This document shows, one piece after another, positions 10,072 to 20,147 of a stretch of 64,000 nucleotides of DNA. Positions within the stretch are counted from its first letter, which is position 1, and each line of letters starts with the position of its first letter. Both the position numbers and the translations under genes were made by a program. This stretch comes from Alphaproteobacteria bacterium. Lineage in GTDB: Bacteria > Pseudomonadota > Alphaproteobacteria > MPNO01. The stretch lies in NCBI GenBank assembly GCA_964291675.2, contig OZ219866.1, positions 896,001 to 960,000 of the forward strand. The letters are read 5' to 3'. Under the pieces are notes generated by a model. It worked only from the letters and a program-made list of their open reading frames with translations, was not told where the DNA came from and did no database searches.

Positions 10072-10161
10072 CCTGCCTCTCCTGTTCCGGGACGGGCGGT
10101 TGTTTAGCAAATCGGTCACGCCAAGGCTACACGTCACGCCGCTTGACGGCGCCCGCCCCGC

Positions 10162-10189
10162 CTTGACCTCGCCGGGCCCCGCCCCACAT
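10162..10189 (+). promoter_or_regulatory. Putative RpoH (sigma32) promoter of hslVU
   Basis: CTTGAC...CCCCACAT upstream of a heat-shock protease operon. Confidence 0.5.
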
Positions 10190-10231
10190 TGTGAGCCTGT
10201 GATGGAACGGCAGCGGCGACGGGGAGGGCGC

Positions 10232-10783
10232 ATGGCGGACCAGCGGGAGCGCCATGCGCTCGACGGCACGACCATTCTCTCGGTCCGCAAGGGCGGCAAG
10301 ACGGTCATCGCCGGCGACGGCCAGGTCACGCTGGGCAGCACCGTGTTCAAGTCGGGCGCGCGCAAGGTGCGCCGGCTCGGCAACGGCGCGGTGATCGCCG
10401 GCTTCGCCGGGGCGACGGCCGACGCCTTCACCCTGTTCGAGCGGCTGGAGGGCAAGCTCGACCAGCATCCCGGCCAGCTGATGCGGGCCTGCGTCGAGCT
10501 CGCCAAGGACTGGCGCACCGACCGCTATCTGCGCCGCCTGGAAGCGATGATGGCGGTAGCGGACGCGGACGCCTCGCTCATCCTGTCCGGCACCGGCGAC
10601 GTGCTGGAGCCCGACGACGGGGTGATCGGCATCGGCTCCGGCGGGCCTTACGCGCTGGCCGCCGCGCGCGCCCTGGTCGACGTCGCCGATCTCGACGCCG
10701 AGGCGGTGGCGCGCCGGGCGATGAAGATCGCCGCCGACATCTGCATCTACACCAACGAGAACATCGTCATCGAGAGCATCTGA
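10232..10783 (+). CDS. hslV: ATP-dependent protease subunit HslV
   Basis: TTILSV (catalytic Thr), [12 protein letters not shown] and GSGG. Confidence 0.97.
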   Translation: MADQRERHALDGTTILSVRKGGKTVIAGDGQVTLGSTVFKSGARKVRRLGNGAVIAGFAGATADAFTLFERLEGKLDQHPGQLMRACVELAKDWRTDRYLRRLEAMMAVADADASLILSGTGDVLEPDDGVIGIGSGGPYALAAARALVDVADLDAEAVARRAMKIAADICIYTNENIVIESI

Positions 10784-10788
10784 CCGCC

Positions 10789-12099
10789 TTGACCAATTTC
10801 AGCCCCCGCGAGATCGTCTCGGAACTCGACCGCTATATCGTCGGCCAGGACGACGCCAAGCGCGCGGTCGCCATCGCGCTGCGCAACCGCTGGCGCCGCC
10901 AGCAGCTCGACGACGAGCTGCGCGACGAGGTGCTGCCCAAGAACATCCTGATGATCGGCCCGACCGGCGTCGGCAAGACCGAGATCGCGCGCCGCCTGGC
11001 CCGGCTCGCCCAGGCGCCCTTCCTCAAGGTCGAGGCGACCAAGTTCACCGAGGTCGGCTATGTCGGGCGGGACGTGGAGCAGATCGTCCGCGACCTGGTC
11101 GAGATCGCCATCCACATGGTGCGCTCGCGCCAGCGCAAGGAGGTCGAGGCGAAGGCCGAGATCGCCGCCGAGGAGCGCGTGCTGGACGCGCTGGTGGGCG
11201 AGAAGGCGAGCGCCGAGACGCGCCAGAAGTTCCGCACGCTGCTGCGCGAGGGCAAGCTCGACGACAAGGAGATCGAGATCGACGTCACCGACAGCGGCTC
11301 CTCCTCGCTGCCGACCTTCGAGATCCCCGGCATGCCGGGCGCCCAGATGGGGATGGTCAATCTCGGCGACATCTTCGGCAAGGCGTTCGGCGGGCGCACC
11401 ACGCCGCGCAAGATGACGGTGGGGGATTCGCACGACGTGCTGGTCGACGAGGAGGCCGACAAGCTGCTCGACGAGGACGCGGTGGTGCGCGAGGCGATCG
11501 ACAGCGTCGAGCAGAACGGCATCGTGTTCCTCGACGAGATCGACAAGATCTGCGCCCGGTCCGACCGCTACGGCGCCGATGTCAGCCGCGAGGGGGTGCA
11601 GCGCGACCTGCTGCCGCTGATCGAGGGCACCACGGTGGCGACCAAGCACGGCACGGTGGAGACCAACCACATCCTGTTCGTCGCCTCGGGCGCCTTCCAC
11701 CTCGCCAAGCCGTCGGACCTGCTGCCCGAGCTGCAGGGCCGCCTGCCCATCCGGGTCGAGCTCAAGGCGCTGACGGAGGACGATTTCAGGCGCATCCTCA
11801 CCGAGCCCGAGACCAGCCTGATCCGCCAATACGTGGCCCTGATGGGGACCGAGGACGTGACGCTCGACTTCGCGGAGGATGCGATCAGCGAGATCGCCCA
11901 TGTCGCCGCCGAGGTCAACCGGTCGGTGGAGAATATCGGCGCGCGCCGCCTGCAAACCGTGATGGAGCGCCTGCTCGACGAGATCAGCTTCACCGCGACC
12001 GACCGGTCGGGCGAGAGCGTCAGCATCGACGCCGGTTACGTGCGCGAACGCGTCGCCGACCTCGCCAAGGACGCCGATCTCTCGAAATACATCCTGTAG
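10789..12099 (+). CDS. hslU: ATP-dependent protease ATPase subunit HslU
   Basis: [12 protein letters not shown] pore loop and [10 protein letters not shown]. Confidence 0.98.
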   Translation: MTNFSPREIVSELDRYIVGQDDAKRAVAIALRNRWRRQQLDDELRDEVLPKNILMIGPTGVGKTEIARRLARLAQAPFLKVEATKFTEVGYVGRDVEQIVRDLVEIAIHMVRSRQRKEVEAKAEIAAEERVLDALVGEKASAETRQKFRTLLREGKLDDKEIEIDVTDSGSSSLPTFEIPGMPGAQMGMVNLGDIFGKAFGGRTTPRKMTVGDSHDVLVDEEADKLLDEDAVVREAIDSVEQNGIVFLDEIDKICARSDRYGADVSREGVQRDLLPLIEGTTVATKHGTVETNHILFVASGAFHLAKPSDLLPELQGRLPIRVELKALTEDDFRRILTEPETSLIRQYVALMGTEDVTLDFAEDAISEIAHVAAEVNRSVENIGARRLQTVMERLLDEISFTATDRSGESVSIDAGYVRERVADLAKDADLSKYIL

Positions 12100-12146
12100 C
12101 GGGCATCTGTCCCGGCAAGGCCCACCGGTCCTCAGGCAAACGGGTA

Positions 12147-12234
12147 GATGGCCGGAACGAGCCCGGCCATGACGTAGGTGGGGAGGCTCCGACACCCCTC
12201 CCGTCGTGCCCGGACCTGTTCCGGGCACCCATGG
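12147..12234. repeat. Inverted pair of REP-like palindromes
   Basis: GATGGCCGGAACGAGCCCGGCCATGAC and GTCGTGCCCGGACCTGTTCCGGGCACCCATGG between convergent genes. Confidence 0.8.
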
Positions 12235-12243
12235 CCGCAGGCC

Positions 12244-12774
12244 TTACCCGCGGCGCTTCTTGAGCAGCACGTAGAACGCGCCGGCACCGCCGTCTTTGGG
12301 CTGCGCCTCGGCGAAGGCGAGGATGCGCGGGCGTAGCCGGCCCTGGTTGAGCCAGCGGGGAAACTCGCTGCGGATGGTGCCGCCGGCCTGTCCGACGCTC
12401 CCCTTGCCGGTGATCACCAGCACGCAGCGCCTGCCGTCCGCCGCGGCGCGGTCTATGAAGCCGGAGAGAGCCTGGTGCGCCTGGTCCAGCGTGTGGTTGT
12501 GCAGGTCGAGCCGGGCCTCGGGCCGGGTCTGGCCGCGCCTCAGCCGGAGCACGGCGCGGGCATCCACCCCGGTCGCCGCGCCGGGTGCCAGCGCCGGCGC
12601 GGACGGGGACGGCGCGAAATCGGGTTCGAGCGACGGCGCGGCGCGGCGCGGCGCGGGCGCGCCGTCCGCACGCCCGGAGTCGTCGCTCCCCACCGGCCCG
12701 ACCTCGCCGACCGCCTCCAGGAACAACGCCCGTTCCGCGGCGCTCGCCTCGCGGCCGCGACGCCTAGCCCGCAT
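12244..12774 (-). CDS. Smr/MutS2 domain protein
   Basis: LDLH, LVITGKG and DGGAGAFYV motifs. Confidence 0.9.
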   Translation of the reverse strand: MRARRRGREASAAERALFLEAVGEVGPVGSDDSGRADGAPAPRRAAPSLEPDFAPSPSAPALAPGAATGVDARAVLRLRRGQTRPEARLDLHNHTLDQAHQALSGFIDRAAADGRRCVLVITGKGSVGQAGGTIRSEFPRWLNQGRLRPRILAFAEAQPKDGGAGAFYVLLKKRRG

Positions 12775-13393
12775 CGCACACCACCACGTGCAGCGTCCTC
12801 GGCCCGTGCACGCCGATCTGCAGGATGCGCTCGATATCGCTGGAGCGCGACGGCCCGGTGATCAGCGTCACGTTGCGCGGCAGGGGCGCGCCGCCCGCCC
12901 GCAACAGCGCAAACGCGTCCTCGTAGGCGCCGACGATGCGCGCCGCATCGACCAGCGCGATATGCGTGTCGGTCAGGAAATGCAGCGCGTTGGCGATATC
13001 GGGGCCGGAGCGGACCATCAGCGTCCCGGTCTCCGCGATGCCGGCGACGGTGCCGGTGATCGACACCGCGTCCTCGGCAAGCGGCGCGCCGCGGCGGAGG
13101 CCGTCCAGCCGGTCGAGCCCGCAAGCGTCCAGCATGGGATCGCTCGAGGCGACCAGCCCGCCTGCGGCACCCGCGGCGGCGAGAAAGCGTTCGATCTCGG
13201 CGCCGACCTCCGGCCAGGCGGTCACCGTCGCATGGCTCACCCCGGCCGCGTCGAGACCGCCGAAGAAGTGCTGGCGCAGCGCGGCGGCCTCTCCCCGTCC
13301 GCGGGCGGGAATCGGTCCGGCAGACACCGGCACCGGCGGCCCCGGGCTGGCGGCGCGGATCCGGCGGAGAATGTCCTCGCGCGCGGCGCTCAT
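12764..13393 (-). CDS. lutC: Lactate utilization protein C (LUD domain)
   Basis: IAETGTL and ITGPSRSSDIE...GVHGP. Confidence 0.88.
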   Translation of the reverse strand: MSAAREDILRRIRAASPGPPVPVSAGPIPARGRGEAAALRQHFFGGLDAAGVSHATVTAWPEVGAEIERFLAAAGAAGGLVASSDPMLDACGLDRLDGLRRGAPLAEDAVSITGTVAGIAETGTLMVRSGPDIANALHFLTDTHIALVDAARIVGAYEDAFALLRAGGAPLPRNVTLITGPSRSSDIERILQIGVHGPRTLHVVVCDAG

Positions 13394-14808
13394 CTTCCGC
13401 GCCGCCTGTGCCACTGGCCGACGAAGGTGCCGCCCTCGGGGACCGGAAGATCGCGCCCGCCGGTCCACCTGCCGGCGAAGGGCAGGCGGGCGAGGCGCGG
13501 CCGGCCCATCGCCAGCAGCCGCAGCACCCTCCCGCCCATGGCGCCCGCCGCCCGGTAGGCCCAGGGCCACGCGTTCAGGGCCGACCATACGAACAGCCCC
13601 CAGCGCAAAGCGGTCGGCCCGAGATGGGCCTGGAAGGCGTCCTGCCGCCACAGGCGGAGCAGCCGGGGCAGCGGGATGCGCACCGGGCAGACCGCCTCGC
13701 AGGCGCCGCAGAACGACGAGGCCTCGGGCAGGTGCTTCGCCTTCTCCAGCCCGGTCAGCGCCGGGGTGAGCACCGAGCCCACCGGACCGGCATAGACCGC
13801 GCCATAGGCATGGCCGCCGATGGCGCCGTAGACCGGGCACACGGTCTGGCAGGCGCCGCAGCGGATGCAGCGCAGGATCTCCCGCTTGGGGCCGGCGAGC
13901 AGGTCGCTGCGGCCGTTGTCGACGAGCACGACGTGGAACGCCTCCGGTCCGGCCGCGTCGTCCGCGCGCCGGGCGCCGGTGGCGAAGGTGGTGTAGGCGG
14001 AGATCTCCTGCCCGGTCGCGGACCGCGCGAGCACCCGGACCAGGGTGAGCGCCTCCTCGACGGTGCCGAGCGCCTTCTCGATGCCGGTGACCACGATATG
14101 GGTGCGCGGCAGCGACTGGGCGAGATCGCCGTTCCCCTCATTGGTGACGATGACGACGCTGCCGGTCTCGGCGACGAGAAAATTGGCGCCGGTGATCCCG
14201 ACATCGGCGCGCAGGAAGACGTCGCGGAGCGCGCCGCGGGCCTCGTCGGTGATCGCCCGCGCCTCCTCCAGCGACCGGTCCCCGGGGAGCGCGTCATGCG
14301 CGTCGCGGAAGGTTTGGGCGAACTGGTCCTTGGTCAAATGGATCGCCGGAATCACGATATGGCTCGGCGTCTCGTCGCGGAGCTGGAGGACGTACTCGCC
14401 GAGATCGGTCTCGACCGTGTCGAACCCCGCCCCGAGCAGGGCGGCGTTGAGCTCGATCTCCTCCGAGACCATCGACTTGCCTTTGGCGACGGTCTTCGCT
14501 CCCGCCTCGCGGCAGATGCGGGTGACCGCATCGCAGGCCTCGGCGGCGTCGCGGCACCAATGGACCGCGCCGCCATTGGCGGTCACGTTCTCCTCGAAGC
14601 GTTCGAGATTGGCGCCGAGATTGGCGAGCGCTGCGTTGCGGATATCCTTCGCCGCGTCGCGCAGGGTCTCGAACTCGGGCAGCCGCGCGATCACGTCCGC
14701 GCGCCCGGCCCGGGCATCGCGCTGAAGCCTCTGCAGGGCGCCCAGCAGCGTCGGGTCGCGGCGCGCCGCGCTCGCGTTCTCGGGAAAGCGGGCGCTGTCG
14801 GCGTGCAC
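13390..14808 (-). CDS. lutB: Lactate utilization Fe-S protein B
   Basis: ETDLGEY, TNEGN and CIRCGACQTVCPVY; start uncertain by a few codons. Confidence 0.92.
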   Translation of the reverse strand: MHADSARFPENASAARRDPTLLGALQRLQRDARAGRADVIARLPEFETLRDAAKDIRNAALANLGANLERFEENVTANGGAVHWCRDAAEACDAVTRICREAGAKTVAKGKSMVSEEIELNAALLGAGFDTVETDLGEYVLQLRDETPSHIVIPAIHLTKDQFAQTFRDAHDALPGDRSLEEARAITDEARGALRDVFLRADVGITGANFLVAETGSVVIVTNEGNGDLAQSLPRTHIVVTGIEKALGTVEEALTLVRVLARSATGQEISAYTTFATGARRADDAAGPEAFHVVLVDNGRSDLLAGPKREILRCIRCGACQTVCPVYGAIGGHAYGAVYAGPVGSVLTPALTGLEKAKHLPEASSFCGACEAVCPVRIPLPRLLRLWRQDAFQAHLGPTALRWGLFVWSALNAWPWAYRAAGAMGGRVLRLLAMGRPRLARLPFAGRWTGGRDLPVPEGGTFVGQWHRRRGR

Positions 14809-14810
14809 GG

Positions 14811-15575
14811 TCAGCCTCCGCCCCCGCCGTCGCCGGCGGCGAGGATCTCGGCGACATGGCTTGTGCCGACCGCGGACCCCCGGCGGGACAGCCGGCCCTC
14901 GATATGCAGCAGACAGCCGAGATCGCCGCCCACCACCGTTTCGGCGCCGGTGGCCTCTATCGCGTCGATCTTCTTGTCCGCCATCGCCTCGGAGATCGCG
15001 GGATACTTGACGCAGAACGTGCCGCCGAAGCCGCAGCAGATGTCCGAGCCCTCCATCTCGCGCAGCTCCGGGGCGCCCGCCGCCGCGATCAGCGCGCGCG
15101 GCTGGGCGCGGATGCCGAGCTCGCGCAGCCCGGCGCAGGAATCGTGATAGGTGATGCTGCCGGCCGCCGGGCGTGCGCCTTCCGGCCGCCAGCCCGCGAC
15201 GCGGGCGAGGAAGTCGACCAGCTCGTAGCTCCTGCCGGCCAGCGCCCGGGCCCGCGCGCCCCATTCCGCGTCGTCGGACAAGAGGTCGGGAAAGTGGTGC
15301 ACGAACATCGCCGCGCAGGATCCGGACGGGGCGACGACATGCTCGAAACCCTCGAACAGGGCGACGGCGCGCCGCGCCCCGCGCCGCGCGCCCTCCCGGT
15401 CGCCGCTGTTGTAGCCGGGCTGGCCGCAGCAGGACTGGGCCCTGGGCACGACGACCCGATAGCCCGCCCGCTCGATCAGCCGCGCAGCCGCGAACCCGAC
15501 CGAGGGGCGGAACAGGTCCACCAGGCAGGTCGCGAAGAACCCGACCGCGCCTTTGGGCTCGGTATCGCTGGGCAT
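14811..15575 (-). CDS. lutA: Lactate utilization Fe-S protein A (two CCG domains)
   Basis: TCLVDL, CCGQP, YHDSC and CCGFGGTF. Confidence 0.92.
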   Translation of the reverse strand: MPSDTEPKGAVGFFATCLVDLFRPSVGFAAARLIERAGYRVVVPRAQSCCGQPGYNSGDREGARRGARRAVALFEGFEHVVAPSGSCAAMFVHHFPDLLSDDAEWGARARALAGRSYELVDFLARVAGWRPEGARPAAGSITYHDSCAGLRELGIRAQPRALIAAAGAPELREMEGSDICCGFGGTFCVKYPAISEAMADKKIDAIEATGAETVVGGDLGCLLHIEGRLSRRGSAVGTSHVAEILAAGDGGGGG

Positions 15576-15615
15576 TGCCGGGCCGGCCTCCCCGCCGGAC
15601 ATGGACACGGTATCG

Positions 15616-16857
15616 TCATACCCCGGCGGCCCGGGCGGGGTCCACCGGGAGCAGCACATAATAGCGGCCCGGGGAGCGCATCCGGCCAGCCCGCTCCTCG
15701 GCCTCCGGCCCCGCGCCGCAGAACAGATCGGCCCGCACCGCGCCGCGTATCGCGCCGCCGGTGTCCTGCGCCACCGTCAGCCGCCTGAGCGGATTGCCCG
15801 GGTCGAGCGGATCGGGCGTATCGATCCACAGCGGCACGCCGAGCGGCAGGAAGCGGCGATCGACGGCGAGGCTCCTTCCGGGCGTGAGCGCGACCCCCTG
15901 GGTTCCGACCGGCCCCTCGCCCCGGAGCTCACGGAAGAACACGTAGGACCGGTTCCTGTCGAGGATATCCCGCCGGCGTTGGGGATTGGCCCGCAGCCAG
16001 GCGCGGATCGACTGCAGCGAGACGTGCTCCAGCGCGAGAGCCCCCTCGGCGACCAGCTCGCGTCCGATCGCCGTATAGGGCCGGCCATTGGTGGCGGCGT
16101 AGCCCAGGCGCATGACTTCGCCATCGGGCAGCCGCACCCGCCCCGATCCCTGGATCTGCAGGAAGAAGGCCTCGACCGGATCGGCGACCCAGACGATTTC
16201 GAGCCCCTGGCCCGCGAGCGCTCCGTCGGCGATCTGGGCGCGGCTGTAATAGGGTTTCAGCCGCCCGTCCTCGACCCGGCCGGCCAGCCGCTCCTCGGCG
16301 TAGGCGTCGCCGAACTCCGCGAGGTTCACCGTCACCAGGTCGCGCGGCCTGGTGTAGAGCGGCACCGAGTAGGCATCGCCCGGCCGCCTCGCGCCTTCCA
16401 GCTCCGGTTCGTAGTAACCGGTGATCAGCCCCGTGTCGCCGTCCTTGCCGACCACGCGGAAGGGGCGGAAGCGGCGCTCGAAGAAGCCTCGCGCGGCGGC
16501 GTGGTCCGCGGCGGCGATGCCTGCGGCTTCCGCGCAGACCGAGCGCCAGTCCTCTGCGCGCCCGAACCGCTCCGCGCTCCCTTCGGGTCGCGGCGGGAAG
16601 CGCATCGGCCTGGTGCAGCTACGCCTGAACGCGCCCAGCGCCTCGGCATGGCGGTCCGCCGCCCAGCCGGGCAGGTCGGCGAACGACACGGGCTCCAGCG
16701 CGGGGTTGCCGCCGCTCCGCTCGTCCGGCGAGCAGCCGGGCGCGGCGGCGAGCATCAGCCCGGCGAGGGCCGCCGCGATCCCGCCAAGGGCGGCGCGGAG
16801 CGATGCAGGGCGGGGACGCGACAGCGCGGCCGTCTCAGCTCGGACTCCGCGTCTCAA
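15616..16857 (-). CDS. mltA: Membrane-bound lytic murein transglycosylase A
   Basis: TGYYEP, FFLQIQGSG and QDTGGAIRG motifs; true start may be downstream. Confidence 0.92.
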   Translation of the reverse strand: MRRGVRAETAALSRPRPASLRAALGGIAAALAGLMLAAAPGCSPDERSGGNPALEPVSFADLPGWAADRHAEALGAFRRSCTRPMRFPPRPEGSAERFGRAEDWRSVCAEAAGIAAADHAAARGFFERRFRPFRVVGKDGDTGLITGYYEPELEGARRPGDAYSVPLYTRPRDLVTVNLAEFGDAYAEERLAGRVEDGRLKPYYSRAQIADGALAGQGLEIVWVADPVEAFFLQIQGSGRVRLPDGEVMRLGYAATNGRPYTAIGRELVAEGALALEHVSLQSIRAWLRANPQRRRDILDRNRSYVFFRELRGEGPVGTQGVALTPGRSLAVDRRFLPLGVPLWIDTPDPLDPGNPLRRLTVAQDTGGAIRGAVRADLFCGAGPEAEERAGRMRSPGRYYVLLPVDPARAAGV

Positions 16858-17533
16858 TCAGCTTCCAGTTGGGATCGCGGGACCGCGTGTTGCGCGCGAA
16901 CGTCCAGATGTCGGTCACGTCGGTGACCTGCGCGGGATCGCCGTCGATCACCTCCCCGTCGGCGTCGCGGGTCACGTTGACCTGCTCGGAGACGAAGGTC
17001 ACGGTGACGATCGCGTTGCGGCCGCTCATCGAGGCCTCGACGATCTCCGCCTTCTTGATCCCGACGACCGTGGTCTCGAGGGTCTCCGCGGCGTCCAGCC
17101 GCTCGCGGATGGCGCGTTCGAAGTTGTCGTACACCTCGTCGTTTAGCAGCGCGCCGAGCGTGCCGGTATCGGCGGTGGCGAAGGCGTGGACGACGGCCTC
17201 GAACGCGGCGCGCGCGCCGGCTTCGAAGGCGGCCGGATCGAAATCCGGATCGGCGGCCTGGATGCGCGCCATGCCGCTGGCCAGGAGATCGTCGGAGGGG
17301 GACGGCTCGAACGCCTCGTCGTCGTCGCGCTCGGGCCCGGCATCGGGCTCCGTGCGGTCAGGCAGCTCGATGACGTTCCCCTCGGCTTCGGACTCCCGAT
17401 TCCGCCCCGCCATGTTGTCCGGCGGGCGCGACTGGTGGCCGGTGCGGCGGCCGAGAACGCTGCGCAGCCGGAACACCAGGAACGCGGCGATCATCGCGAA
17501 GAAGATGATATCGAGAAACTGGAAGCCTTCCAT
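16835..17533 (-). CDS. Tim44/TimA-family protein
   Basis: RLRSVLGRRTG, DIWTFAR and DPNWKL. Confidence 0.9.
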   Translation of the reverse strand: MEGFQFLDIIFFAMIAAFLVFRLRSVLGRRTGHQSRPPDNMAGRNRESEAEGNVIELPDRTEPDAGPERDDDEAFEPSPSDDLLASGMARIQAADPDFDPAAFEAGARAAFEAVVHAFATADTGTLGALLNDEVYDNFERAIRERLDAAETLETTVVGIKKAEIVEASMSGRNAIVTVTFVSEQVNVTRDADGEVIDGDPAQVTDVTDIWTFARNTRSRDPNWKLIETRSPS

Positions 17534-17640
17534 GGACGCGTCCTTTGACGCTTCGTCCCCGCGGCACTCCCGCAACCGCAGCGGGCAAATCCCCGTGATC
17601 GGTATCGCCTGACTGGCGAAGCGGTGCAACGAGAGTCTGT

Positions 17641-17669
17641 AAATAGGCCCAACGCCGCCAAAGCGCAAG
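17641..17669 (-). promoter_or_regulatory. Putative RpoH-type promoter of tim44-mltA
   Basis: CTTGCG-N16-CCTATTT on the minus strand. Confidence 0.4.
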
Positions 17670-17752
17670 CGCGAGAGCGGCGCCGCGTTTGCGCCCCGGC
17701 CTGGCGGGCGTCATCCTTGAGCGCCTTTCAATCCTCCTACTCTTCGACCGAG

Positions 17753-18307
17753 ATGATCCTGATCCGGCACGGCCAGACGATTTTCAACGCGATCTTCAGC
17801 GTGACGCGGATCGACCCCGGCGTCCCGGATCCCTTGCTGACGGCGCGCGGGCGCGGCCAGGCGCGGGAGATCGCCGCCGCCCTCGCCGGGGAGAACATCG
17901 AGCTTGTCGTCGCGAGCCCCTACCGGCGGGCGATCCAGACCGCCGACACGGTGGCGCGCGCGCTCGGCGTGCCGGTCGCGATCGATGCGGATGTGCGCGA
18001 ACGCTTCAGCTTCTCCTGCGATCACGGGAGCCGGCGCTCGGAGCTCGCCCGCGCCTGGCCGGAATACGACTTCGCCCATCTGGCGGAGCGCTGGTGGCCG
18101 GAATCGGAGGAGGGAGAGCCGGCCTTCGCGGCGCGCTGCGCCCGGTTCGCCGAACGTATGGCCGACAGCCCGGCATGGTCGGGCACCGCCGTCATCACGC
18201 ATTGGGGGGTCATCCGCGCCCTGACCGGCGAGCGGGTGACCAACGGAAGGCTGGTCCGCCTGGCCCCGCCGGGCGCCGACCTTGTACGCCCGGGGCTGCC
18301 GTGCTAG
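17753..18307 (+). CDS. Histidine phosphatase family protein
   Basis: LIRHG, SPYRRAIQTA and THWG. Confidence 0.88.
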   Translation: MILIRHGQTIFNAIFSVTRIDPGVPDPLLTARGRGQAREIAAALAGENIELVVASPYRRAIQTADTVARALGVPVAIDADVRERFSFSCDHGSRRSELARAWPEYDFAHLAERWWPESEEGEPAFAARCARFAERMADSPAWSGTAVITHWGVIRALTGERVTNGRLVRLAPPGADLVRPGLPC

Positions 18308-18333
18308 AGCCCGCGCGGTCCGGGGAGATGCAC

Positions 18334-18822
18334 ATGGCCGACGAAACCGACGCCCAGCCGCAGGAGAACGGCAGCGCCGCCGCCGCGCGGCCGATGCTGA
18401 CGATCGGCGCCCAGTACATCAAGGACCTCTCCTTCGAGAACCCGCTGGGCCCCGAAGGTCTGGCCAAGCTGACCCAGAACCCCCAGGTCGAGGTGGAGGT
18501 CAACACCAGCGCAAGGCTGCTCGCCGAGGACGCCTATGAGGTCGCCCTGTTCATCCGCGCCGAGGCGCAGAGCGGGGACGCGACGGCGTTCATCGTCGAG
18601 CTCACCTATGCCGGGATCGTGATCGTCGGCGACGTCGCCGACGAGGACGTCCAGCCGCTGGTGCTGATCGAGGGGCCGCGACATTTGTTCCCCTTCGCCC
18701 GGTCGGTGGTCGCCAACATGACCCGCGACGGCGGCTTCCCGCCGATGATGATCGACCCGATCGACTTCGCCGCGCTCTATGTGGAACACCACGCCGAACG
18801 AACGGCGCTGGACATCTCCTGA
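18334..18822 (+). CDS. secB: Protein-export chaperone SecB
   Basis: QYIKDLSFENP, LFPFAR and PIDFAALY. Confidence 0.96.
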   Translation: MADETDAQPQENGSAAAARPMLTIGAQYIKDLSFENPLGPEGLAKLTQNPQVEVEVNTSARLLAEDAYEVALFIRAEAQSGDATAFIVELTYAGIVIVGDVADEDVQPLVLIEGPRHLFPFARSVVANMTRDGGFPPMMIDPIDFAALYVEHHAERTALDIS

Positions 18823-18836
18823 CGCACCGCCGGCTT

Positions 18837-19505
18837 CTATCTCAACCAGATCGGATTGTTGAGCTTCCCGACGAACGCCGCGTGCGCGGCGCTCTCCTCG
18901 GCGTCCGGTTCGTGCCTGCGCGGCGCTCGGGCGGGACGCTCCTCCCTGGTCTCCGCCGCGACCTCCCGGGCGGCGCCCAGGCCCAACGACGGCTGCCTGC
19001 CGCCGATCAGCTCAAGATAGACCTCGGCGAGCAGCTCGGCGTCGAGCAACGCGCCGTGCTTGGTCCTCGCCGCGTTGTCGATCCCGAACCTGCGGCACAG
19101 CGCATCCAGGTTTGCCGGCGCGCCGGGGAAGCGGCGCCGCGCGAGGCTCACGGTGTCGATCGCCCGGGCCTCCGGCAGCGGCGGCCGGTCGATGCGCGCG
19201 AGCTCGGCGTTCAGGAAACCGAGATCGAACTGGGCGTTGTGGATCACCAGAACGGAGTCGCCGATGAAGGCGAGCAGGCCGTCGGCGACGTCGCCGAAGA
19301 GCGGCTTGCCGGCCAAGAACTCCTCCGACAGGCCGTGGATCTCGAACGCGCCCGAGGGCATGCCCCGCTCCGGATTCACATAGGCGTGGAAGGTCTCGCC
19401 GGAGGGGATGTGGTTGATCAGCTCCAGGCAGCCGACCTCAACGATCCGGTGGCCGCTCTCCGGGTCCAGCCCGGTGGTTTCGGTATCGAGGACGATTTCG
19501 CGCAT
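18837..19505 (-). CDS. dnaQ: DNA polymerase III epsilon subunit
   Basis: LDTETTG, HNAQFD and HGALLDAE. Confidence 0.97.
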   Translation of the reverse strand: MREIVLDTETTGLDPESGHRIVEVGCLELINHIPSGETFHAYVNPERGMPSGAFEIHGLSEEFLAGKPLFGDVADGLLAFIGDSVLVIHNAQFDLGFLNAELARIDRPPLPEARAIDTVSLARRRFPGAPANLDALCRRFGIDNAARTKHGALLDAELLAEVYLELIGGRQPSLGLGAAREVAAETREERPARAPRRHEPDAEESAAHAAFVGKLNNPIWLR

Positions 19506-20142
19506 AGCGCCCCGGCTGCGGTATATGCGCCGGCGGCGGCCAGTACTTGCCGCGGCGCCCGGACAACACTCTGACGATCGATCCGAGTCGGAGCAAGGTA
19601 TGGGCGCGCCCCAGCCCGGTCGACACGACGAAGCCGGCGCGCCGCCGCTTCTCGCGGTCGGCAAGCTGGTTGGCGAGAATGCCGGCGAGGGTCTCCTCGG
19701 TCATCCCCGGGCGCGCGAGAACCCGCGCCCGTTGCAGGAAAGCCGGCGCCGTGACCACCACCACGGCGTCGCATTGCGCGGCAAGCCCGACCTCGAACAG
19801 GAGCGGGATGTCGAGCACGACCACGCGCTCGCCCCGCGCCGCGGCGCGGCGGAGAAAGGAGCGCTGGACGCCGCGCACCAGCGGGTGGACGATCGCCTCC
19901 AGCCGGCGCAGCTCCGCGGGGCTCCCGAACACAAGCTCGCGCAGCTTTGCCCGGTCGACCGCGCCGTCCCGCACCACGCCGGGGAAGGCCTCGCCGACAG
20001 CGCCCACCGCAGCGCCGCCCGCGGCCAGGAGTCCGTGCACCGCAGCATCGGAATCGTAGACCGGCAGGCCCAGATGGCGGAACATCCCGGCCGCCGTCGT
20101 CTTGCCCATCCCGATCGAGCCGGTGAGGCCGATGATCACCAT
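19438..20142 (-). CDS. coaE: Dephospho-CoA kinase
   Basis: GLTGSIGMGKT and DIPLLFE; C-terminal tail overlaps dnaQ. Confidence 0.94.
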   Translation of the reverse strand: MVIIGLTGSIGMGKTTAAGMFRHLGLPVYDSDAAVHGLLAAGGAAVGAVGEAFPGVVRDGAVDRAKLRELVFGSPAELRRLEAIVHPLVRGVQRSFLRRAAARGERVVVLDIPLLFEVGLAAQCDAVVVVTAPAFLQRARVLARPGMTEETLAGILANQLADREKRRRAGFVVSTGLGRAHTLLRLGSIVRVLSGRRGKYWPPPAHIPQPGRYARNRPRYRNHRAGPGERPPDR

Positions 20143-20147
20143 ACCGG

